From the NCBI GenBank assembly GCA_017527155.1, contig JAFXQI010000026.1:883-64882 (forward strand): DNA of 64,000 nucleotides, in the 5' to 3' direction. Position numbers and translations under genes: made by a program. This stretch comes from Kiritimatiellia bacterium. GTDB lineage: Bacteria; Verrucomicrobiota; Kiritimatiellia; CAIQIC01; Lenti-01. The notes under the pieces were generated by a model. That model searched no databases. It was not told the DNA's origin and saw only the letters and a list, made by a program, of their open reading frames with translations. This document shows positions 23,735 to 32,284 of the stretch, one piece after another. How positions within the stretch are numbered: the stretch's first letter is position 1; every line of letters starts with the position of its first letter.

Positions 23735-24748
23735 TCACCGTTCGATGGTCCCCGACAGCGGCCGCGAATACGCCTCGTCCGGCGCCGCCGTGAACCCCTT
23801 CGCCCGCCCGGGATCGTCCATGAACCCGTTGTACGCCCGGTACACATCCCCCCGTTCGTCCACCACCCGCTCGTATCCCATCGTCGCGTCCGCCCGCTTT
23901 CCCACCCGCGCGTCGAACCCCTTCTGGCGCTCCTCCCAGCCCCGCACCACCAGGTCCGACGTCTCCTGCAGCGTCCGGTTCAGCTGCGCGGCCCCCTGCG
24001 ACTGGATCTGCAGGTCCCGCATCGCCGTCGCCGTGAACGCCTCCGTGTACGCCACCGACCCCAGCACCGCCGCCAGCGCCTCCGCGTACGTCCCGAGTTC
24101 CCCTTCCGGCGCCGTCACCCCCGAAATGTTGTACATCATGTTGCACCCCACGTTCCCGAACACGATCCCCCGGCACAGCGTCCCCGTGAACAGCCCCTCC
24201 CCGCGCCGCTTCGTCACCGCGTCCGCGAACGTCCCCCGCAGCACCGCGTCGTCCAGCGCCACCCCGGACATCGCCGTGCGCGCCTTCCGCTTCTCCACCA
24301 GCTCGAACCCCGCGATCTGAGGGAACGCGAACCCCTCGTAGCTCTTCTCCCACTTCGCCGCGAACGCGCAGAACGGCATGAACTGCGCATAGAAATCCTC
24401 CACCCGCTCCACCACGATCATGTCCGCGAACATCGCGTACAGCCCGAACCCCCGTTTCGGCTCGTAGAACGCCTTCGACGCGCGGTTCATCAGCAGGCAG
24501 TCCGTCTTCAGCAGCGAGAACACCCCCATCTCCGGCCGCTTCGCGTCCCACGCATGGATCCACAGCCCCAGATCGAATCCGCCCGACGACACCGTCCACC
24601 CCTCCGGCACCTTCATCGTGAAATTCCCCTTCGGGTCCCGGTACTCCTTCAACCCGCCCGCGAACCCCGCCCCCCGTCCCGTCCCCGCCGCCGCGCACAG
24701 CACCACCGCCGCCGCAACCACCGCGCACCACGCATTCGCCCGTTTCAT
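23735..24748 (-). CDS. secreted hypothetical protein (337 aa)
   Basis: MKRANAWCAVVAAAVVLCAAAGTG signal peptide. Non-repetitive, balanced composition. No domain recognised. Confidence 0.6.
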   Translation of the reverse strand: MKRANAWCAVVAAAVVLCAAAGTGRGAGFAGGLKEYRDPKGNFTMKVPEGWTVSSGGFDLGLWIHAWDAKRPEMGVFSLLKTDCLLMNRASKAFYEPKRGFGLYAMFADMIVVERVEDFYAQFMPFCAFAAKWEKSYEGFAFPQIAGFELVEKRKARTAMSGVALDDAVLRGTFADAVTKRRGEGLFTGTLCRGIVFGNVGCNMMYNISGVTAPEGELGTYAEALAAVLGSVAYTEAFTATAMRDLQIQSQGAAQLNRTLQETSDLVVRGWEERQKGFDARVGKRADATMGYERVVDERGDVYRAYNGFMDDPGRAKGFTAAPDEAYSRPLSGTIER

Positions 24749-24872
24749 CGCACATTCCCTTCCGGCCCTCGCGGCCCCATTGCCGCCGGCCTTTTCCTCT
24801 CCATCCTGCCCCTCCGCCCCCACCCCTTCAAGCCCAAATCCCCGTCCCCTTCCGCCACCACGTCCGTCCTGC

Positions 24873-24932
24873 TTTTGGAAACAGGAAAAATACTTGACTT
24901 TCCTCCATCCCGCCCCCATGCTCCCCTCCATG
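24873..24932 (+). promoter_or_regulatory. UE family copy whose ATGAA box is the start codon of P-family gene 1
   Basis: TTTTGGAAACAGGAAAAAT...CTTTCC...CCCCTCCATGAACAAC; ATG 24930 begins MNNKVKY. Confidence 0.5.
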
Positions 24933-25898
24933 AACAACAAGGTCAAATACGCCCTCCGCGAGGCCGCCGGGATTGCCGGCGACGTCGCGCGCGCCTACAC
25001 CATCCCCCTGGCCCTCCCCGTGGTCGTGCCGGTCGTCGCCGCCCTCTCCGCGACCGCGCTCGCGGGCTGGCTCGCCGACACCGCCGGCCGCGCCATCCTC
25101 TCCGAGCTGCGCCGCCGGGCCCGCCTCCGGGCACCGCGCCCGCCCTCCCCGTCGCTGCGCGGAACCCCGACGCCGGAGGAGTTCGCCGCCGACGCGGCGG
25201 AACGCCCCCGCACGCTGTCGGTGCGCCTGCGGATCGGCTCGCGCCTGGCGGACCTCGCACCGACCCTCGACCGCGGCAATCTCTACGACATCTCCCCGAC
25301 GGGCGCCAGACGCATCCGCGGCCGCGGCCGCGGCGTCCGCGGCTGGCTGGCCGACAACCGCGTCGCGATGAACTACTCGACCCTCATGCGCTACATGCGC
25401 CTCGCCGTCCGCCTCCGCGCCCTGCTGTCCTTGGACGAACGCATCCCGCTGGAGTGGCTGCTGCCCGGCGCGGCGCCCTCCGCGGAAGTGCCGCCGGCCC
25501 TGCGAATGCACTGCGCATCGGCGAAGCGCCGTCTCGCGCGCCTTATGCGCGCGCATTGGAATTTCAGCCGCCTGCAAGGACACGTGGACGAAGCGCTCGG
25601 CCTGCGGCGCCTGCCGCGTCCCGACCGCCCCAACGGCAAGCCCCTCGACGCCATCCTGGCGGAAAACGTCCGGCGCGAGCTGGCGGATTTCCTGCATGCA
25701 CGCGACCTGTCCCCGGAGCAGGAAGCCTTGCGCCAGGCGGCTCTGGCCGGCTTCCCGGCACCCCGGCCGGGCCCCGGCGCTCGCGACGCCCCGATGGAGA
25801 CTTGTCCGGCGGGGACGGGGTGTGGTATACAGGACGGAAATGCATCGGCGGGAAATGGTATCCGGGCCGGTGCGATGGAAGGAACTCGTTTCGCATGA
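24930..25898 (+). CDS. P-family protein 1: membrane-anchored Arg-rich protein of unknown function
   Basis: One N-terminal TM helix. The ~110-aa core is conserved with 61603-62580 (RLRIGSRLADLAPTLD, YSTLMRYMRLAVRLRAL, ERIPLEWLLP). Stop overlaps the next ATG (ATGA at 25895-25898). Alternative start at 24918. Confidence 0.65.
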   Translation: MNNKVKYALREAAGIAGDVARAYTIPLALPVVVPVVAALSATALAGWLADTAGRAILSELRRRARLRAPRPPSPSLRGTPTPEEFAADAAERPRTLSVRLRIGSRLADLAPTLDRGNLYDISPTGARRIRGRGRGVRGWLADNRVAMNYSTLMRYMRLAVRLRALLSLDERIPLEWLLPGAAPSAEVPPALRMHCASAKRRLARLMRAHWNFSRLQGHVDEALGLRRLPRPDRPNGKPLDAILAENVRRELADFLHARDLSPEQEALRQAALAGFPAPRPGPGARDAPMETCPAGTGCGIQDGNASAGNGIRAGAMEGTRFA

Positions 25899-27526
25899 AG
25901 AAGAAGTGGTATGTCGTGTTGACCTGCATCGTGATGCTCGCGGTGGCGGGGCTGGCGGTCGCGGTCGCCCAGTCGCCGGCCCCGACCGCGTTGCAGGCGG
26001 TGGAGGCGATGCCGGAAGCCGCGCAGGGCGCGGCGGTCGCGGTGACCGTGGAGGCCTCGTCCGGGTGGCTGGAACACCTGACGGACATGGTCAACAAGGT
26101 GGACGACTGGGTGTGGGGGCTGCCGCTGATGGGCTTCGTGCTGGTCACGGGGCTGCTGCTGACGGCAATCCTGCGCCTGGTGCACGTCTTCAACCTCAAG
26201 AACGCCTTCCGCTACATGTTCCACCAGGAAGAGGCCGGCGGCGTCTCCGGCGAGGTCAGCTCGTTCGGCGCGCTCTGCACGGCGCTTTCGGCGACGATCG
26301 GCACCGGCAACATCGTGGGCGTCGCGACGGCGGTCGGCACGGGCGGCCCGGGGGCGCTCTTCTGGATGGAAGTGGCGGCCTTCTTCGGCATGGCGACCAA
26401 GTACGCGGAAGGCCTGCTCGCGGTCCTCTACCGCAAGGTCACGCCCGACGGCAAGGTCCTCGGCGGCCCCTTCTACTACATCGAAAAGGGCCTCGGCGCG
26501 AAATGGAAGCCCCTCGCGGTGCTCTTCGCGGTGTTCGGCGTCCTCGCGGGGCTGCTGGGCATCGGAACCATCACGCAGATCCACGGCATCACGTCGGCCG
26601 TGCAGCGCTTCTTCGACCCCGGCTTCAATCCCCAGGACATGGCGACCGGCCTCAAGCTGTTCGGCGTCACCTACTCCATCCCCGTCGTCATCGCCGGCCT
26701 GATCGTCACGGCGTGCGTGGGGCTGGTGGTCATCGGCGGCCTCAAGCGCATCGCGAAGGTCGCGACGGTCATCGTCCCGTTCATGGCGATTTTCTACGTC
26801 CTCTTCGCCGCCATCCTCCTGCTCGGCAACCTCTCGAAGGTCACCACCGCCATCGAGCTGATCGTCAAGGCCGCCTTCAATCCCGCCGCGTTCACCGGCG
26901 GCATGGTCGGCACGCTGTTCATCGCGATGCAGAAGGGCGTCGCCCGCGGCATCTTCTCCAACGAAGCCGGCCTCGGCTCCGCCCCGATCGCCGCCGCCGC
27001 CGCCAAGACCAACGAGCCCGCCCGCCAGGGGTTGGTCTGCATGACCGGCACGTTCATCGACACCATCGTCATCTGCACCATGACCGGCTTGGCGATCGTC
27101 GTGACGGGCGCCTGGGAGCCGTCCCTCGGCCTCAAGGGCGTGGACATCACGATCGAAGCCTTCACGCGCGGCCTCTCCTTCCTCGGCCCGCACTCCAGCT
27201 GGCTGGCCTCGGGGTTCCTGATGCTGTCGCTGACGTTCTTCGCCTTCACGACGATCCTCGGCTGGGACTACTACTCCGAGAAGTGCCTCGAATACCTCGT
27301 CGGCATGGACAACCGGAAAGCCATCGGCGCGTTCCGCCTGCTGTACGTCGCGTTCGTGTTCGTCGGCCCCTACCTGACGGTCGCCGCCGTCTGGGGCATC
27401 GCCGACATCTTCAACGGCCTGATGGCGTTCCCCAACCTGATCGCCCTGGTGCTGCTCTCGCCGGTGGTCGCGCGCACGACCCGCGACTACCTCAAGCGCC
27501 GCGCAGAAGGCAAGGCCGAGGGCTGA
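25895..27526 (+). CDS. alanine/glycine:cation symporter (AGCS family)
   Basis: GEVSSFGALCTALSATIGTGNIVGVATAVGTGGPGALFWM, GIFSNEAGLGSAPIAAAAAKT. Only the last 543 codons of a 1289-aa track ORF are credible. Confidence 0.92.
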   Translation: MKKKWYVVLTCIVMLAVAGLAVAVAQSPAPTALQAVEAMPEAAQGAAVAVTVEASSGWLEHLTDMVNKVDDWVWGLPLMGFVLVTGLLLTAILRLVHVFNLKNAFRYMFHQEEAGGVSGEVSSFGALCTALSATIGTGNIVGVATAVGTGGPGALFWMEVAAFFGMATKYAEGLLAVLYRKVTPDGKVLGGPFYYIEKGLGAKWKPLAVLFAVFGVLAGLLGIGTITQIHGITSAVQRFFDPGFNPQDMATGLKLFGVTYSIPVVIAGLIVTACVGLVVIGGLKRIAKVATVIVPFMAIFYVLFAAILLLGNLSKVTTAIELIVKAAFNPAAFTGGMVGTLFIAMQKGVARGIFSNEAGLGSAPIAAAAAKTNEPARQGLVCMTGTFIDTIVICTMTGLAIVVTGAWEPSLGLKGVDITIEAFTRGLSFLGPHSSWLASGFLMLSLTFFAFTTILGWDYYSEKCLEYLVGMDNRKAIGAFRLLYVAFVFVGPYLTVAAVWGIADIFNGLMAFPNLIALVLLSPVVARTTRDYLKRRAEGKAEG

Positions 27527-27565
27527 ACCCCGCCATCCCCCACCCCATCTGAAAGGAATCCCACC

Positions 27566-27937
27566 ATGTACGAATTCACCGGAACGGTAAAGAAAGTCTG
27601 CGACCTGCAGACCTTCGCGAGCGGCTTCACCAAGCGCGACCTCGTGGTCGAGGAGGAGAAGGACGGTTCCTGGCCGAACCCCGTCGCCTTCACCTTCAAG
27701 AAGGACAACACCGCCAAGCTCGACGGCATCCGCGAGGGCCAGCGCGTGAAGGTCGGTTTTGCGATCGACGGCCGCGAATGGAACGACCCCAAGACCGGGA
27801 ACATCCGCTATTTCACCGACCTGACGGCCCTCCGCCTGGACGTCCTCGACAACGACGCCGGCGGCCCCGACGCCCCCGGCTCCGATTTCGTCCCCGAGGA
27901 ACCCCTCCAGGACCTCGACGGCGACATCCCGTTCTGA
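27566..27937 (+). CDS. DUF3127-like OB-fold protein with SSB-type acidic C-terminal tip
   Basis: MYEFTGTVKKV...FTKRDLVVEE...VAFTFKKDN...VGFAIDGREWNDPKTGNIRYFTDLTALRL is the DUF3127 pattern. The tail is DAPGSDFVPEEPLQDLDGDIPF. Confidence 0.7.
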   Translation: MYEFTGTVKKVCDLQTFASGFTKRDLVVEEEKDGSWPNPVAFTFKKDNTAKLDGIREGQRVKVGFAIDGREWNDPKTGNIRYFTDLTALRLDVLDNDAGGPDAPGSDFVPEEPLQDLDGDIPF

Positions 27938-27982
27938 CGCCCCCCGTCCGTCCCGCCGCGGACGTCACCAGCCAGTTCCACC

Positions 27983-28050
27983 GCGGACGCGCCGAAGCGC
28001 GTCCCTACCCGTGGAGAGCGAACCGGGAGGGTCGCGCTTTCGCGCGACCT
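27983..28050. repeat. REP-2 double hairpin, copy 2
   Basis: GGACGCGC-CGAA-GCGCGTCC ... GGTCGCGC-TTT-CGCGCGACC; same unit as 47-112. Confidence 0.6.
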
Positions 28051-28219
28051 TGTGGTCGGGCACTGTCCGTGATCCCACGGAAAAACGCAATCCGCCCTGG
28101 CGGCGGCGCCCTCGCCGCCGCCCTCCGCAGGCGACTTGCGCGGAAATGCCGGATTGCTTTTGCGGGGCGCTTGGGCTATAGTCAGGGAAAGTGCATTTGA
28201 AAGAAAACAAGGAGACATC

Positions 28220-29524
28220 ATGAAGATATCGGTAGTCGGAACGGGATACGTCGGGTTGGTCACGGGCGCGTGCTTCTCGGACGCGGGCCACGAGGTCATG
28301 TGCATCGACAACAACCCCAAGAAGATCGAGATGCTCCACCGCGGCGAAATGCCCATCTACGAGCCCGGGCTCGAGGAAATCGTCAAGCGCAACGTCGAGG
28401 CCGGCCGCCTCAAGTTCAGCACCTCCGTCAAGGAAGGCACCGAGTTCGCCGAAGTCATCTTCATCGCCGTCGGCACCCCTCCCGGACCGGGCGGCGAGGC
28501 CAACATGACCTACGTCGAGCAGGTCGGCCGCGAGGTCGCCGAGAACATGACCTCCTACCGCCTCCTCGTCGAGAAGAGCACCGTTCCCGCCAAGACCAGC
28601 GAACACCTCAAGCGCACCGTCCTCAAGTACCTGCGCGCCGACACCGACTTCGACGTCGCCTCCAACCCCGAATTCCTCCGCGAAGGCACCGCCATCCCCG
28701 ACGCCACCAACCCCGACCGCGTCGTGGTCGGCGTCGAATCCAAGCGCGCCGGCGACCTCCTCGAGGAAATCTACAAGCCCATCCTCGCCAAGGGCGGCGG
28801 CAAGTTCCTGCGCATGAACGTCACCAGCGCCGAGCTCACCAAGCACGCCTCCAACTCCTTCCTGGCCATGAAGATCTCCTTCATCAACGCCGTCTCCCGC
28901 ATCTGCGAGCTGGCCGGCGCCGACGTCGAGCAGGTCGCCCAGGGCATGGGCCTCGACCCCCGCATCGGCCCCCGCTTCCTCAAGGCCGGCGTCGGCTACG
29001 GCGGCTCCTGCTTCCCCAAGGACGTCGACGCCTTCGTGCGCCTCGCCGACGCCCTCGGCAACGAATTCACCCTCCTCAAGGAAGTCCAGAAGATCAACAA
29101 GACGCAGCGCGAGCACGTCATGAAGAAGATCAAGCAGGAGCTCTGGGTCGTCCAGGACAAGCGCATCGCGATCTTCGGCCTGGCGTTCAAGCCCGAGACC
29201 GACGACGTCCGCGAGGCGCCCAGCCTCTACTTCGTCCCCGAGCTGCAGGCCATGAAGGCCAAGCTCCGCGCCTGGGACCCCATCGCCGAGGGCAAGTTCA
29301 AGGAAATCCACCCCGACCTCGAGACCGTCCCCGACCTCTACGAGTGCGCGAAGGACGCCGACCTCGTGCTGATCCTCACCGAATGGGACGCGGTCAAGAA
29401 CATCGACCTCGCCAAGCTCAAGAGCGTGATGGCCTGCCCGGTCATCGTGGACGGCCGCAACACCTTCGACCCGGCCACCGTCCGCGCCGCCGGCTTCACC
29501 TACCACAGCATCGGCCGCGCCTGA
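28220..29524 (+). CDS. ugd: UDP-glucose 6-dehydrogenase
   Basis: MKISVVGTGYVGLVTGACFSDAGHEV, GGSCFPKDV active-site Cys; AAGGAG lies 6 nt upstream of ATG 28220. Confidence 0.95.
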   Translation: MKISVVGTGYVGLVTGACFSDAGHEVMCIDNNPKKIEMLHRGEMPIYEPGLEEIVKRNVEAGRLKFSTSVKEGTEFAEVIFIAVGTPPGPGGEANMTYVEQVGREVAENMTSYRLLVEKSTVPAKTSEHLKRTVLKYLRADTDFDVASNPEFLREGTAIPDATNPDRVVVGVESKRAGDLLEEIYKPILAKGGGKFLRMNVTSAELTKHASNSFLAMKISFINAVSRICELAGADVEQVAQGMGLDPRIGPRFLKAGVGYGGSCFPKDVDAFVRLADALGNEFTLLKEVQKINKTQREHVMKKIKQELWVVQDKRIAIFGLAFKPETDDVREAPSLYFVPELQAMKAKLRAWDPIAEGKFKEIHPDLETVPDLYECAKDADLVLILTEWDAVKNIDLAKLKSVMACPVIVDGRNTFDPATVRAAGFTYHSIGRA

Positions 29525-29546
29525 GCCGCCCAGCCAGGCCATGCCG

Positions 29547-29584
29547 ACCGCCCCGGATTTCCCGTCCGGGGCGGTTCCGTTTTG
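29547..29584 (+). terminator. rho-independent terminator after ugd
   Basis: Perfect 11-bp stem ACCGCCCCGGA / TCCGGGGCGGT with loop TTTCCCG, followed by TCCGTTTTG. Confidence 0.7.
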
Positions 29585-29625
29585 TCCCCCCGCCGCCCCG
29601 ATCCGCTTTTTTTTCGGAAAGGGCA

Positions 29626-29654
29626 TTGACGGGCGGCGGGCATCCTGCTATTGT
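29626..29654 (+). promoter_or_regulatory. sigma70-like promoter for tRNA-Leu
   Basis: TTGACG, 17 nt, TATTGT; the tRNA 5' end lies 22 nt downstream. Confidence 0.55.
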
Positions 29655-29675
29655 CCGCCCCCGTGTCGAACGGAT

Positions 29676-29762
29676 GCACCCGTGGTGGAATTGGCAGACA
29701 CGTAAGATTCAGGTTCTTATGCCCTCACCGGCGTGGAGGTTCGAGTCCTCTCGGGTGCACCA
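29676..29762 (+). tRNA. tRNA-Leu (anticodon CAG)
   Basis: GCACCCG acceptor pairs with CGGGTGC. Anticodon loop TTCAGGT. Long variable arm. GGTTCGAGTCC T-arm. Encoded CCA. Confidence 0.9.
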
Positions 29763-29834
29763 CCTTTTTCCCGCCCGCGCCACGGTTTCCCGTCGCGGGC
29801 GTTTCCGTGTCCCCCTCCCCGCGGCGGCGCGCCG

Positions 29835-30608
29835 TCAGAACATCTTCTCGAAGGAGTCGGTGAAGGTCACGCCGGGGAAGAACGACCCGGCGTCGAACAT
29901 CGCGTCGGGGATCGGGGCGGTCGCGGAGAGATTGTCGAGCCGGACCGTCTCCGAGCGCACGGCGCCGTCCATCGAAAGGTCGAGCTGCTGCCGCCGGGCG
30001 AGCCAGACGCCGGGCGCGACTTCCGCGAAATCCTCCATCGCGGCGAGCAGCAGGCGGTCGGCCATCGCTTCCGAGGCGTACATTTCGAGGCGGGTCCAGC
30101 GGCCGCCGGCGTCGAAGGAGAGGACGGCATAGGCCTTGCCCGGCCGGGTGCAGGCGATGCGGCGGGCGGCGGCGCCGTCGGGCGGGAGTTCCGTCTCGGG
30201 GAGGTCGCGGAAGGGTTCGAGCCAGCTGGAGTTGGAGCCGGGGAGCATGCGGAGGTTCACCAGCGCGTCGCCTTCGAGTTCCGCGACGGGGCGGGCGAAG
30301 CCGCGCGGGAGCCCTTCGGTGTACTGGCGGAGGGTCGTGCCGTCGCAGACGGTGCGGCGCTTCATCGGCGACAGGTTCTCCGCGTGCAGGCGGTCGGGAC
30401 GGCGGAACCAGATGCGCGAGAGGAAGCGCACCGTCTCGCCGTCCGCCCCCCGCACGTCGCGGCGGAGTTCGCAGGAGAGCTGCGGGACCGAGGCGTAGCC
30501 GTCGAGGAGCGCGCGCACGGTCTCCCCCGCCCGCGCGGCGGACGGCAGGACGAGGAGCGCGGCCGCGAGGGCGGCGGCGGCGGGGAGCGGGAATCTGGAT
30601 GCGGTCAT
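29835..30608 (-). CDS. periplasmic LolA-like / outer-membrane lipoprotein-sorting fold protein (tentative)
   Basis: GGAGG RBS then ATG 30608. Signal peptide MTASRFPLPAAAALAAALLVLPSAARA. The size and beta-rich pattern fit LolA/DUF4367-type proteins, but no diagnostic motif was seen. Confidence 0.45.
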   Translation of the reverse strand: MTASRFPLPAAAALAAALLVLPSAARAGETVRALLDGYASVPQLSCELRRDVRGADGETVRFLSRIWFRRPDRLHAENLSPMKRRTVCDGTTLRQYTEGLPRGFARPVAELEGDALVNLRMLPGSNSSWLEPFRDLPETELPPDGAAARRIACTRPGKAYAVLSFDAGGRWTRLEMYASEAMADRLLLAAMEDFAEVAPGVWLARRQQLDLSMDGAVRSETVRLDNLSATAPIPDAMFDAGSFFPGVTFTDSFEKMF

Positions 30609-30690
30609 GGCGGGTTCCTCCAAGGTCGGTTTCCCGGCAGTAAAGCACAAGCCGGGCTCCCCGCCAATGGCGGAATCGGGGGCGTGCGTT

Positions 30691-30746
30691 CATGGAGGGG
30701 AGGATGGGGGAAAACGGGCGGTTTCCGGGCGGTTTTCCGTAATCTC
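30691..30746 (-). promoter_or_regulatory. UE family copy upstream of LolA-like gene
   Basis: Minus strand reads GAGATTACGGAAAAC...TTTTCCCCCATCCTCCCCTCCATGAAC; the gene ATG lies 83 nt downstream. Confidence 0.5.
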
Positions 30747-30820
30747 GAAACGGGTCCGGCCGGGGCGGGCGCCGGTTCGGGCTGGCCAAGGGACGGCAAA
30801 GGGCGTACAGTTCCCGGCCC

Positions 30821-31960
30821 ATGAACTACTGCAACGGATCATGGGTGGAAGTGGACCTCCGGCGCCTGCGCCGCAACGTGGAATCGATCCAGCGCGGCCT
30901 CGGCCGCACGACGATGATCGCCGTCGTCAAGTCGGACGCCTACGGCCACGGCCTGGTCGGCATGGCCCGCGGCCTGCGCGACGCCGGCGTGCGGAACTTC
31001 GCCGTCGCCTACCCCGCCGAGGCCGAAACCGTCCGCCGGGAAGTCCCCGACGCCGAACGCATCGTCGTGCTCGGCGTCGCGACGCCCGACGACGTCCCCC
31101 TCCTGCTGCGCGACCGCATCACGCCCGTGGTCGTCTCCCTCGACCAGGCCCGCGCGCTCTCCGCCGCCGCCCTCGCCGCCGGGGCCCGCCTCCGCGCCCA
31201 CCTCAAGCTCGATACCGGGATGGGGCGGCTCGGCTTCGTATGCCCCGCCGACGTCCCCGCCGCCGCCGAAGCCCTCCGCGAGCCCGGACTCGACATCGAA
31301 GGCGCCTGCATGCACTTCGCCATCGTCGAACCCGTCCGCCACCCCGAGGCCGCCGCCGGGCAGGCCGCGAAGTTCGACGCCGCGCTGGAAGTGCTCGAAG
31401 CGGCCGCCGGGCGCCGTCTCTTCCGGCACATGTCCAGCAGCCGCGCGGCGCTCCTGATGCCGGAATGCGACCAGGACGCCGTGCGCGTCGGCATCTCCCT
31501 CTACGGCTACGGCAGCGCCCGTCCCGACGGCCGGTTCGCGACCGAGCCGATCCTGCAGTGGAAGTCGCGCGTGATGCAGGTCAAGAGCGTGCCCGCCGGC
31601 TTCCCGGTCGGCTACTACGGCGCCTACGTCACCGACCGCCCCACCGACATCGCGGTCGTCTCCTGCGGCTACACCGACGGCTACCTCCGCCTCCTCGGCA
31701 ACACGGGCGACGTGCTGGTCCGCGGCAAGCGCCGCCGGGTCGCCGGCCGCGTGAGCATGAACTGGCTCACCGTCGATCTCGGCCCGGACAGCGGCGTGCA
31801 GGCCGGCGACGAAGTGGTGCTGCTGGGCGAACAGGGCGGCGAAGCGGTATGGGCCGACGAACTCGCGCGCCACTGCGAGACGATCGCCTACGAAATCCTG
31901 ACCGACATCTCCCGGCAGATCGAGCGCCGCTACGTCGGGCAGCCGCACGAGACCGTTTGA
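30821..31960 (+). CDS. alr: alanine racemase
   Basis: AVVKSDAYGHG PLP-lysine motif; the C-terminal beta-domain pattern is also present. Confidence 0.93.
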   Translation: MNYCNGSWVEVDLRRLRRNVESIQRGLGRTTMIAVVKSDAYGHGLVGMARGLRDAGVRNFAVAYPAEAETVRREVPDAERIVVLGVATPDDVPLLLRDRITPVVVSLDQARALSAAALAAGARLRAHLKLDTGMGRLGFVCPADVPAAAEALREPGLDIEGACMHFAIVEPVRHPEAAAGQAAKFDAALEVLEAAAGRRLFRHMSSSRAALLMPECDQDAVRVGISLYGYGSARPDGRFATEPILQWKSRVMQVKSVPAGFPVGYYGAYVTDRPTDIAVVSCGYTDGYLRLLGNTGDVLVRGKRRRVAGRVSMNWLTVDLGPDSGVQAGDEVVLLGEQGGEAVWADELARHCETIAYEILTDISRQIERRYVGQPHETV

Positions 31961-31999
31961 CGCCCGCCCCCGTTTTTGCGATAACCCCCGCACACGCAA

Positions 32000-32076
32000 G
32001 GGCCCTTAGCTCAGTCGGTCAGAGCGGGAGACTCATAATCTCTTGGTCGCAGGTTCAAGTCCTGCAGGGCCCACCA
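32000..32076 (+). tRNA. tRNA-Met (CAU), elongator type (could be tRNA-Ile2 if lysidinylated)
   Basis: GGGCCCT acceptor pairs with AGGGCCC. Anticodon loop CTCATAA. GGTTCAAGTCC T-arm. Encoded CCA. Lacks initiator features. Confidence 0.88.
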
Positions 32077-32284
32077 CTTGCTTCCCCGCGGCCCCCGCAC
32101 GGGAATGACGGCATGGGCTCGCAAGGATTTCAGGTCCGCGCAGGTGCGCTTGACAGGGCAAAGGGGGGGGGATAGGCTGTTGGAGAATACCGTCCGGGGT
32201 GTCCGGACGGGTGGCGGTTCCGGCGGTCCGCGGACGTGCGCAGACCGGGGCCGCCGGCAGGCAATCCACGACGGGAGAAGCGAA

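Noticed and set aside
23657-27526. 1289-aa ORF on the plus strand, and likewise the 806-aa ORF 32236-34656
   Set aside because: Only the terminal parts are real (AGCS symporter from 25895; YhcG-like nuclease from 33436). The upstream parts are Arg/Pro-rich read-through over genes encoded in other frames or on the other strand.
32000-32076. Initiator tRNA-fMet
   Set aside because: The 1-72 pair is a normal G-C rather than a mismatch, and the anticodon stem lacks the three consecutive G-C pairs typical of bacterial initiators. It is an elongator Met or an Ile2 (CAU) tRNA.
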